Source of the DNA: an uncultured Bacilli bacterium
Lineage (GTDB): Bacteria > Bacillota_I > Bacilli_A > RF39 > UBA660
DNA: 64,000 nucleotides
Assembly: GCA_934129945.1 (NCBI GenBank)
Contig: CAKOXC010000002.1
Coordinates: forward strand, 157,664 to 221,663
Reading direction: 5' to 3'
This document shows positions 10,096-18,209 of this stretch, one piece after another (the stretch's first letter is position 1; every line of letters starts with the position of its first letter). Below the pieces are notes generated by a model, which was not told the DNA's origin, did not search any database, and saw only the letters and a list, made by a program, of their open reading frames with translations. The position numbers were made by a program, and so were the translations under genes.

Positions 10096-11031
10096 TTAAT
10101 TTACCTTTCTATTTTTATAATCTTCTTTATTTATACCATTTAAAAATGATTTTATATCCATTGCTTTTTTACCAAAAGGTTTAATATCAGTAATATAAAT
10201 AACTCCATCTTTACAAGATATTCCAAATTTATTTTTATTTATTTCGACAATTGTACTTATATTATCTACTTTTTTTTCTTCAAATTCAGCATTTAATATT
10301 TTATATTCAATCCCATCAATTTCCATGTTAGCAAGTGGCCAAGAATATAAGCCTCTGATTTTATTGATAATATTTACACCATAATCATCAAAATTAATTC
10401 TTTCGTCTTCTCTTTTAATATTATGTGCAATTGTTGCTTCACTGTCATTTTGTTTAATTCTTTTATTAGTTTTGCTAATAATACTTGGTAAAGTTTCTAT
10501 TAAAAGATTTGCTCCAAGAATAGAAAGTTTATCAAATAAACTTTCTGCAGTATCTTCATCCAATATAGGAATTTCTTTAAAAGAAATAATATCACCTGTA
10601 TCCATATTTTTATCCATATACATTATGGTCACACCAGTTTTTTTATCACCATTTATTTTAGCCCAGTGAATTGGAGCACCACCACGATATTTTGGTAATA
10701 ATGAAGCGTGAACATTAATACAACCAAGTCTTGGTAAATTAATTAATTCTTCTGGTATTATTTGACCGTATGCACAGGTAATAATTAAATCAGGATTAAT
10801 ATCTAATATTTTTTGATAGTCACTTCTAATTTTTTCTGGTTGAAATACTTCAATATTATTATCGATTGCTAATTGTTTAACTGGTGTATTTGTTAAAATA
10901 TGTTTTCTGCCAACATATTTATCAGGTTGACTAACAACTAAAGATACATTGTATTCATTATCTATTAAACTTTGTAAAACATTACAAGCAAAATCCGGAG
11001 TTCCCATAAACACTATTTTAATATTATTCAT
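10096..11031 (-). CDS. fmt: methionyl-tRNA formyltransferase
   Basis: IVFMGTPDFA N-terminus and HASLLPKYRGGAPI motif. The ATG at 11031 follows an AGGTGA SD; the ORF-track start at 11040 is a GTG inside that SD. Confidence 0.92.
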   Translation of the reverse strand: MNNIKIVFMGTPDFACNVLQSLIDNEYNVSLVVSQPDKYVGRKHILTNTPVKQLAIDNNIEVFQPEKIRSDYQKILDINPDLIITCAYGQIIPEELINLPRLGCINVHASLLPKYRGGAPIHWAKINGDKKTGVTIMYMDKNMDTGDIISFKEIPILDEDTAESLFDKLSILGANLLIETLPSIISKTNKRIKQNDSEATIAHNIKREDERINFDDYGVNIINKIRGLYSWPLANMEIDGIEYKILNAEFEEKKVDNISTIVEINKNKFGISCKDGVIYITDIKPFGKKAMDIKSFLNGINKEDYKNRKVN

Positions 11032-11104
11032 TATAATCACCTAAATTTATTGTAGCAAAAAAATAGAATTTTGAGAACAAAATCCTACTTAAATTATTAT
11101 TTTA

Positions 11105-11605
11105 TTATTTTTTTAAAACTTTTTTATTTTCATTTTCATATAGTTCTATTTGTTCATAACTTGCTAAAATTTCGTTTTCTTTATTTATTATTAATTCTTC
11201 ATTATTAATCGGAGAAATAACATTTAGTGGTTCGAAAAGCTTTACTGTAAAGTTTTTTATTTTATCAGTGCCAACGATTATTTTAGAAGTCACTTTATTA
11301 TTTTCATCATATTTAAGCATAACAACTATTTCTGGATGTGTAACACTTTGAAGTACATAACAATTGTCTTCTTTTCTTAAAATATTTAAATAAAGAACAC
11401 CACTTTCTTGAGTATTTGTAACATATTCCATCGCAGCTGACCAATCAAGAAAATAATTTTTATTTTTATAATCTGTATCGCTATAATTTCTATATAAAAT
11501 ATCAGAATTAAAAGCATTTCTTCTTGGCATAAAGGAACTAATAATTTCAGTAGCAAGACACAACCCTATTGCTAATTTAATTCTTTTTTCTTCATTTTTC
11601 ACCAT
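11105..11605 (-). CDS. hypothetical protein occupying the slot where def usually sits
   Basis: 166-aa ORF between priA and fmt, with a weakly hydrophobic N-terminus. No peptide deformylase motifs (no EGC or HEXXH). Confidence 0.65.
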   Translation of the reverse strand: MVKNEEKRIKLAIGLCLATEIISSFMPRRNAFNSDILYRNYSDTDYKNKNYFLDWSAAMEYVTNTQESGVLYLNILRKEDNCYVLQSVTHPEIVVMLKYDENNKVTSKIIVGTDKIKNFTVKLFEPLNVISPINNEELIINKENEILASYEQIELYENENKKVLKK

Positions 11606-11654
11606 TTAAAACCTCCATAAATTCCTAATATTCTAACATTTTTTTATTTATAAA

Positions 11655-13826
11655 TCAAATCCTACTAGGATTAATATCAATTTCTAAATTAACTTTTTGA
11701 TTTATTTTAAAAATATTTTGTAATTCTAGTAAAGACCTCATTAAATTATTATCTTTTCTATATTTAATTATTATTTGAAAGCGATATATATTATTAGTTT
11801 TAAAAACTGCTGCTGTAGTAGGTCCCAAAACAATTGTAGAACTATCTAAATTATTTCTTAAATAACTTGCAACATTGATAGCTTCCTTACTAGCATTTTC
11901 ATAAAATTTACTGGCTACTTTAAGATTTACCAAATAATAATATGGCGGATATTTTAATTTTCTTCTAATATCCATTTCATATTGGTAAAATTTTTCAAAA
12001 TTATTTTCTACAACACATTTAAGTGTATAGTTATCCGGATTAAAAGTTTGTAGAATTACCTCTCCTTTTTTATCGCTTCTGCCCGCTCTTCCACTAGTTT
12101 GATATAAAAGTTCAAAGGTTCTTTGATTAGCTTTAAAATCAGGAATATTTAATGTAGTATCTGCATTTATTACCCCAACTAAAGTAACAAGAGGGAAATC
12201 TAGTCCTTTACTTATCATTTGGGTACCAAGTAAAATATCATATTGATGATTTTGAAAATCTTCAATTATTTTTTCATGCATTCCTTTTCTAGATGTTGTA
12301 TCAGTATCCATTCTTATGATGGCAGCATTGGGGAATTTTTTTGCTATCTCGCGCTCTAATTTTTCGGTTCCAAGACCTAAAAAAGTTAAATCAGAATTAT
12401 TACAATTAGGGCACTTATCCTTTTTATAAATAGCATAATTACAATAATGACATCTTAACATATTAGAAGATTTATGATAAGTAAGAGTAATGTCACAGTG
12501 TGGGCATTTAAAAACATAACCACATTCAGAACAAGAAATAAATGTCGAAAAACCTCTTCTATTTAAGAGTAAAATAATTTGTTCTTTTTTATCTAATCGA
12601 TCTTGAATTTTTTCTTGTAATAATTCAGAAATCACCGGATTTCTTTTCTTCATTTCTTCTTTCATATCGACTATAAAGCAATCAGGCAAAGTTGCGTTTC
12701 CAACTCTATTTTTCATCTCTATTAATTTATAAATACCTTTTCTGGCTTTTGCAAGATCTATTAAATCAGGAGTTGCACTTCCAAGAACTAAAGGACAATT
12801 ATAATATTTACATCTAAAATCTGCTATATCTTTAGCATTATATCTTGGTACATTATCTTGTTTGTAGGTATCAGAATGTTCTTCATCAATTATGATAATT
12901 CCAATATTAGTAAATGGTGCAAAAATAGCACTTCTAGTACCTATAACAATACTTACTTCTTTTCTCTCTATTTTTCGCCATTCATCATATTTTTCACCAT
13001 TTGAAAGTCCACTATGTAAAATGGCTACTTTATTGCCAAATCTAGATATAAACTTATTAACAAATTGGGGTGTTAAACTAATTTCAGGAACTAACATTAT
13101 TGCTTCTTTATTATTGCTAATTACTTTATCAATTATTTGCATGTATACTTCTGTTTTACCACTTCCTGTAATTCCATGAAGAAGAATTGTATCATTAATA
13201 TTTAAAGATTTTTCTATTTTTTCGTAAGCATTTTGTTGTTCAACTGTTAAAGGCAATTTTTCTGATATTTCTTTTACATCTTTTGTATATCTATAACTTT
13301 CTAGAGCTATTTCTTTTATCAAATTATTTTTTAACAGTGTATTTGTAGAAGAACTAGATATCTCCATTGCCTCTTTTTTTTCTAATCTTTTACACTTTTC
13401 TATTAAATTAATAATATTTACTTGGCTATTATTTTTACAGTTTTGTAAAGCTTGTTCAAAAGGAATATTTAATTCTAAATATTTTACTTCTTTCTTATTA
13501 ATATTAGTACCATTTTTTGCTTTTAGTGCAGTTGGTAACATACATTCATAAGCACTTATTAAACTGCACAATGTTTTTGTAGATATATATTTTCCTAAAG
13601 CAAGTAATTCTTCATTTAATACTGGTTTTTCATCAATAACTTTTATAATATCTTTTACTTCATAATCATTAGCTTCATTAGTAATTTCTAAAACAAAGCC
13701 TTCTAATTTTTGATGGCCAAATTCAACTAATACTCTACACCCAACAAAACAAGGTTCAATTATTTTATACGTATATGTACCAGTAATATTCTTACTTTTT
13801 AATTCTACCAAGACATTTGCATACAT
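11655..13826 (-). CDS. priA: primosomal replication-restart helicase PriA
   Basis: GITGSGKTEVY Walker A, DEEH box, and Cys-rich zinc-binding insert (CSECG...CPHC...CHYC...CPNC). Confidence 0.93.
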   Translation of the reverse strand: MYANVLVELKSKNITGTYTYKIIEPCFVGCRVLVEFGHQKLEGFVLEITNEANDYEVKDIIKVIDEKPVLNEELLALGKYISTKTLCSLISAYECMLPTALKAKNGTNINKKEVKYLELNIPFEQALQNCKNNSQVNIINLIEKCKRLEKKEAMEISSSSTNTLLKNNLIKEIALESYRYTKDVKEISEKLPLTVEQQNAYEKIEKSLNINDTILLHGITGSGKTEVYMQIIDKVISNNKEAIMLVPEISLTPQFVNKFISRFGNKVAILHSGLSNGEKYDEWRKIERKEVSIVIGTRSAIFAPFTNIGIIIIDEEHSDTYKQDNVPRYNAKDIADFRCKYYNCPLVLGSATPDLIDLAKARKGIYKLIEMKNRVGNATLPDCFIVDMKEEMKKRNPVISELLQEKIQDRLDKKEQIILLLNRRGFSTFISCSECGYVFKCPHCDITLTYHKSSNMLRCHYCNYAIYKKDKCPNCNNSDLTFLGLGTEKLEREIAKKFPNAAIIRMDTDTTSRKGMHEKIIEDFQNHQYDILLGTQMISKGLDFPLVTLVGVINADTTLNIPDFKANQRTFELLYQTSGRAGRSDKKGEVILQTFNPDNYTLKCVVENNFEKFYQYEMDIRRKLKYPPYYYLVNLKVASKFYENASKEAINVASYLRNNLDSSTIVLGPTTAAVFKTNNIYRFQIIIKYRKDNNLMRSLLELQNIFKINQKVNLEIDINPSRI

Positions 13827-13922
13827 TAGAATCTTTCCTTTCTAAGGATATTATATCATTTATTTGCGTTTTTTCCATAATTATGGTATTCTATTCTAGC
13901 AATTTGAAAGAGGGTTTTAAAA

Positions 13923-14792
13923 ATGAATAAAAATATTTATGATGATTTCACAGCAAGTTATTACAATTGTAGTTCATTATTTTCATTTAATGATAAAGAA
14001 ATTTCAGATTATTTTGAAAGCATGGTTAACAATGACTTATTAATCAACGAAAAATATAATTTGGTAGTTACTTCTGAAAAAGAAAATAGTAAAAAATATT
14101 TAACATATGATGCTACAACCAAAACTTTTTTCTTTAATAGACGTATATTTCAAACCTTATTTTATATAGAAAATAAAGATTCAAGTAATATTATTTTTGC
14201 TTGTAACCACGCTATTATAGAAATCATTCATACAATTATTTCTAAAATTGAACTTGAAAGAAAAATTAAAAGTAAATCTTTTTACAAAAATAATCCTATT
14301 TTTTACAGATGCTTTCTTCAAGAAAGTGTATCAGGATATAAAAATGAATTAAAAGAAAATTTTATTATTGCTAAAAAGACTCAATTACTAAATAATTTTT
14401 ACAACACCTGTATTAAAGAATTTGGCTTAGACGAATGTTTAAAAAATGAACTTAATACTTGGCTAAGAAATTACTTATTAAACCACGAAAACAATGGTAT
14501 TTTAAATGTAATAAATAGCTATCAAAATTTAGCTGATATTTTCTGTATAAATTTAATTGATTATGGAAAAGAAATACAAGATAAATATGACATAGAAACT
14601 TTAGAAAAATACAATTATACTACATTGCAAAAGGAATTGAATAGAAAATCATTATTAGATTCAATCCTTTATAGTAAAAAATTTTCTAAACATGAAAAAG
14701 AAATTATTAAAGATAAAAATATCAATATTTTAGATTATGCAAATAATGAAGTTATTAATAATATGAATATTAAATTAGCTTTAAAAAGATAA
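13923..14792 (+). CDS. hypothetical protein
   Basis: 289-aa ORF with an AAAGAGGG SD and no recognisable motif. One of only four plus-strand genes. Confidence 0.65.
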   Translation: MNKNIYDDFTASYYNCSSLFSFNDKEISDYFESMVNNDLLINEKYNLVVTSEKENSKKYLTYDATTKTFFFNRRIFQTLFYIENKDSSNIIFACNHAIIEIIHTIISKIELERKIKSKSFYKNNPIFYRCFLQESVSGYKNELKENFIIAKKTQLLNNFYNTCIKEFGLDECLKNELNTWLRNYLLNHENNGILNVINSYQNLADIFCINLIDYGKEIQDKYDIETLEKYNYTTLQKELNRKSLLDSILYSKKFSKHEKEIIKDKNINILDYANNEVINNMNIKLALKR

Positions 14793-14795
14793 TAT

Positions 14796-14823
14796 AAAAT
14801 CCTACACTTTGTTGTAGGATTTT
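14796..14823. terminator. bidirectional intrinsic terminator
   Basis: AAAATCCTACA-ctttgt-TGTAGGATTTT with an A-run and a T-run on either side, located between convergent genes. Confidence 0.75.
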
Positions 14824-14828
14824 ATTAA

Positions 14829-15719
14829 TTATTTTTTATTATTTTTAGTTAATTCAGATAGAGTAATTCCTAGTGAAGCTATACCTTGTAAATCACTTGG
14901 AACTATTATTTTAGTAGCTTGTCCATTAGCCATATTTTGTAAAGCTTCAAAACTTTTTAGAGCAAGGACATTATTATCAGCTTTTGCTTCTTTTAATAGC
15001 TTTATACCATCGGCTTCTGCTTGTTTCATTTTTAATAATGCTTCTGCTTCACCTTCAGCAATTTTAATTTGTGATTCTTTTTGAGCTTCTGCTCTTAAAA
15101 TTGCACTTTCTTTTTCACCTTCAGCAATTAAAATACTAGATTTTTTTTCACCCTCAGCTTGAAGAATTTTTTCTCTTCTTTCACGTTCAGCACGCATTTG
15201 TTTTTCCATTGCTTCTTGAATATCTTTTGGAGGAATAATATTTTTTACTTCCACACGATTTACTTTAATTCCCCAAGGATCAGTAGCTTCGTCTAGTATT
15301 GAACGCATTTTAGAATTAATTATATCTCTTGATGTCAAAGTTTGGTCTAATTCAAGTTCTCCAATAATATTACGAAGAGTTGTAGCAGTTAAGTTTTCTA
15401 TAGCATTTATTGGTCTTTCAACACCATAAGTAAATAATCTTGGATCTGTAATTTGAAAATATACTACAGTATCAATTTGCATTGTAACATTATCTTTTGT
15501 AATAACAGGTTGAGGTGCAAAATCTTTTACTATTTCTTTTAAAGATACATTATTACTAATTCTATCGATAAAAGGTATTTTTACATGTAATCCATTTTTC
15601 CATGTTGTATAATAAGATCCTAATCTTTCAATAACATAGCTTCTAGCTTGTGGTACTACTTTAATATTTGGTATAACTAAAATAATTATAATAACTAAAA
15701 TTGCAATTAAAAATTCCAT
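14829..15719 (-). CDS. SPFH/band-7 (stomatin-like) membrane protein
   Basis: N-terminal TM helix, then SPFH-domain sequence (RLGSYYTTWKNGLHVKIPFIDR...) and a C-terminal AEGE/KE coiled-coil repeat. Paired with an NfeD gene. Confidence 0.88.
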   Translation of the reverse strand: MEFLIAILVIIIILVIPNIKVVPQARSYVIERLGSYYTTWKNGLHVKIPFIDRISNNVSLKEIVKDFAPQPVITKDNVTMQIDTVVYFQITDPRLFTYGVERPINAIENLTATTLRNIIGELELDQTLTSRDIINSKMRSILDEATDPWGIKVNRVEVKNIIPPKDIQEAMEKQMRAERERREKILQAEGEKKSSILIAEGEKESAILRAEAQKESQIKIAEGEAEALLKMKQAEADGIKLLKEAKADNNVLALKSFEALQNMANGQATKIIVPSDLQGIASLGITLSELTKNNKK

Positions 15720-16145
15720 TTATTTTCCTTCTTTCTCTACTATTAATTTTACTCCATCAATAGCTTTAATTATGACTTCTTGTCCTTTTTTTATTTCTGA
15801 CTTAGAAATTGCACTCCAATGTTTTCCATCAACTTTTACTTCACCAATACTATTCTTTTTAATATCTTCAGTTACAACACCGACTTCTCCGATAACTCGA
15901 TCTAAATTAGTTGAAACATGCTTTGTTTTTAATAATTTAGTAAGAATTGGTCTTGTTGTAATAAGAAGTATAATTCCTAGTAATACGAAAACAAAAAATT
16001 GTATATAGAAACTAGAAATAAAGAATGACAATATAAGTGAAACTATTGCACTAGCAATAAACCAAATTGAAACAAGCCCTATTGTACAAATTTCTAAAAT
16101 TGTCAAAAATAGAATAATTATTATCCATAAAACCCATAACTCCAT
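15720..16145 (-). CDS. NfeD-family membrane protein (short form)
   Basis: Three N-terminal TM helices plus a C-terminal OB-like GEVKVDGKHWSA motif. The stop abuts the SPFH start. Confidence 0.85.
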   Translation of the reverse strand: MELWVLWIIIILFLTILEICTIGLVSIWFIASAIVSLILSFFISSFYIQFFVFVLLGIILLITTRPILTKLLKTKHVSTNLDRVIGEVGVVTEDIKKNSIGEVKVDGKHWSAISKSEIKKGQEVIIKAIDGVKLIVEKEGK

Positions 16146-16295
16146 AATACTTCTCTCCTTAATCTAATTATACTAAATAGTATTTAAAAAGCAAGGAAAA
16201 AGAACTGAAAGCAACTAATTAAATTTTATCTAAAATAAATACTTTTTTAAACTTAAAATTTGACCTAGATATATTAAGTATGTTATTATTAATTT

Positions 16296-16390
16296 AGTGA
16301 GAAGCAAAAAGTCTTTTAGGGACTTGATGCTTGCCACATTTTGGTTTCAAGCACCTTTATTCAGGTTTTAAGAATAAAGATGCTTTTTTT
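16296..16390 (+). ncRNA. predicted ~95-nt small RNA of module copy 1
   Basis: TTGACC (16260-16265), 18-nt spacer, TGt-TATTAT (16284-16289). The transcript would start near GAGAAGC. It ends at hairpin AAGCAcCTTTATTC-loop-GAATAAAGaTGCTT plus T7 (16349-16390). Confidence 0.45.
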
Positions 16391-16391
16391 A

Positions 16392-16484
16392 TTATATTAA
16401 TATAAATACTAATTTATAAATTATATATAATAGTATGATTATTTAGATGTATAATCCGAAGATTAAAAAATCTTTTTTAGTCAT
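16392..16484 (-). pseudogene. nonsense-disrupted copy of the 30-codon hydrophobic ORF
   Basis: GAGGG SD 8 nt upstream of the ATG at 16484, then MTKKDFLIFGLYI, stop (TAA at 16443-16445), IIILLYIIYKLVFILI, stop. The frame and length are identical to the intact copy at 34910-35002. Confidence 0.4.
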
Positions 16485-16639
16485 ATGTACTACCCTCTTT
16501 CATAGTTTTACCAAAACCCCCTGAATTTTAGTCCCTAATTATGGTAGCAAGCATCTTCTTTTTGCTTCTCGATAGTGTATTATATAGTAATTTTTTTATA
16601 TTTTAAGGCTTTCGACAAATAGTGGCAAATGTTTTATAA

Positions 16640-16672
16640 AAAAAATACATTAAAGCTAAATTAATGTATTTT
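16640..16672 (-). terminator. intrinsic terminator after the 222-aa paralog gene
   Basis: ATACATTA-loop-TAATGTAT flanked by A8 and T6 runs, immediately after the stop at 16673. Confidence 0.75.
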
Positions 16673-17341
16673 TTAACCAATATTAATATTTCCATCTATA
16701 TCTATAAACATAGCATAACTTCCACCACCACTAGTTCCTTCTAAGATATTAACTATGTTTTTATAACCTTTATAATTATTTTCTATTTCTATTTTTTTAT
16801 CTAATGCTCCTAATTCAACATTTGCCATACCTACTGTGCCATCATTTTTAATAAAATATAAATTTCTAAAGCCACCATTTCCAGTATAAACCATTTCAAA
16901 ATTCCAAACATCTGTAGCTATTAAATATTCTTTACCAAATATGCTTTTCAATTCTTCACCTTTATAATTAACAGTCAATTTTCCATTTAAAAGAACAACG
17001 TCATAATCATTACCAAATTGATTACATGAATCACTAGCTGCATTAAATTCAGTCGCATCATCAGTTCTACATATAAAATATTTTGATATTGTTAAAGAAT
17101 CTGAAGCATTACCTGATCCTTCATTCCATTTGTCAATTTCTGTTTTTTCGTTGTTAATTTCATTTTTATAATTATCTATAAAAGCTTTATATCTCTCATC
17201 AAAAGTATCTTTATCTTTTGCTAAGTTTTTATCACTTTTTTCTACTTCTTTTTCTTCTTTAAAAAACTTATCATATGATAAATATCCACCTAATCCTATA
17301 ACACACAATAATAAAATTACTATACAAATATTTTTCTTCAT
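16673..17341 (-). CDS. signal-anchored secreted/surface protein, tandem paralog A1
   Basis: 222 aa. The N-terminal ~55 residues (MKKNICIVILLLCVIGLGGYLSYDKFFKEEKEVEKSDKNLAKDKDT...) are nearly identical to the next gene. No recognised domain. Confidence 0.8.
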   Translation of the reverse strand: MKKNICIVILLLCVIGLGGYLSYDKFFKEEKEVEKSDKNLAKDKDTFDERYKAFIDNYKNEINNEKTEIDKWNEGSGNASDSLTISKYFICRTDDATEFNAASDSCNQFGNDYDVVLLNGKLTVNYKGEELKSIFGKEYLIATDVWNFEMVYTGNGGFRNLYFIKNDGTVGMANVELGALDKKIEIENNYKGYKNIVNILEGTSGGGSYAMFIDIDGNINIG

Positions 17342-17350
17342 TTTTTCACC

Positions 17351-18082
17351 CTATTCTATTTCGTCATCATTTAATCCATAAACATTTCCATCTATATCAG
17401 TCGCTAACAAATGGCTTTTACCAGCATAACTTGCTTCTTTTATATCAATAATGTTCTTTAGATTATGATAATTATTTACGATTTTAAATTTTTCTGAATT
17501 AAAGCCAACTTCATTTTTTAAAATTACTCCATATTCAATTTCAGCATAGCCAACACTTCCGTCATTTTTAATAAAATATAAAGTTTTAAAACTACCTGCT
17601 TCAAAACCAATTTCAAAATTCCATACATCTTTTGCTATTAAATAATATCTACCATAAATTTTTTGAAGCTCTTCGTTATCATACGAAATTGTTAAATTTC
17701 CATCTTCTAAAATAACGTTGTAAGAAGATCCTATTTCACATACATTATTTGAAAATGTAAATTCATTGGTATCGTCTGATATTTCTTTACTTGAAATGCA
17801 AGAATAGGTTTTCCATATAGAAAGATTATCTACATACCCATCATTTTCATAAGCATCATTTTCATTACTTTTATCAATTTTTACTTTTTTATTATTAATT
17901 GCAGTTTTATAATTATCTATAAAAGCTTTATATCTCTCATCAACAGTATCTTTATCTTTTGCTAAGTTTTTATCACTTTTTTCTACTTCTTTTTCTTCTT
18001 TAAAAAACTTATCATATGATAAATATCCACCAAGTCCTAAAACACACAATAATAAAACTATTATACAAATATTTTTCTTCAT
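17351..18082 (-). CDS. signal-anchored secreted/surface protein, tandem paralog A2
   Basis: 243 aa. About 140 bp at the 5' end is near-identical to 17200-17341, and the C-terminal half is clearly homologous (LYFIKNDGSVGYAEIE versus LYFIKNDGTVGMANVE). Confidence 0.8.
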   Translation of the reverse strand: MKKNICIIVLLLCVLGLGGYLSYDKFFKEEKEVEKSDKNLAKDKDTVDERYKAFIDNYKTAINNKKVKIDKSNENDAYENDGYVDNLSIWKTYSCISSKEISDDTNEFTFSNNVCEIGSSYNVILEDGNLTISYDNEELQKIYGRYYLIAKDVWNFEIGFEAGSFKTLYFIKNDGSVGYAEIEYGVILKNEVGFNSEKFKIVNNYHNLKNIIDIKEASYAGKSHLLATDIDGNVYGLNDDEIE

Positions 18083-18177
18083 TTTTTACCTCTTTCTAAT
18101 CTTTATTATCTAGCTTAATAATATCTTGGATAGTTCTTTACGTCAACAATGAAGTCAAATATTTTTATGGCTTAGTA

Positions 18178-18209
18178 AAATAAAAAAGTTAAAACATTTA
18201 GTCTTAACT
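18178..18209 (-). terminator. intrinsic terminator of ileS
   Basis: Minus strand has AGTTAAGAC-taaatg-(T)TTTAACT followed by TTTTTT. The hairpin overlaps the ileS stop codon. Confidence 0.6.

Larger units (their letters stand above)
16260..16617. repeat. copy 1 of a ~350-bp intergenic module (second copy at 34781-35128)
   Basis: High-identity alignment with 34781-35128. The match includes both flanking promoter-like regions, identical 39-nt left arm (16299-16337) and identical right-arm blocks ending CTTTTTGCTTCTC at 16570. Confidence 0.9.

Noticed and set aside
16299-16570. The 272-nt repeat unit as a housekeeping RNA (RNase P, SRP/scRNA, tmRNA or 6S)
   Set aside because: It lacks the defining motifs:
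- RNase P: no GAGGAAAGUCC P4 sequence
- SRP: no domain IV GGAA/AGCA loops
- tmRNA: no tRNA-like end or tag ORF
- 6S: an internal terminator and two promoter-like flanks do not fit
Two diverged copies would also be odd for most of these.
16260-16617. The repeat as a MITE with terminal inverted repeats
   Set aside because: Homology extends beyond the inverted arms into promoter-like flanks. No target-site duplication is visible at either boundary, and no transposase is in the window. This is not fully excluded; the genome-wide copy number would decide.
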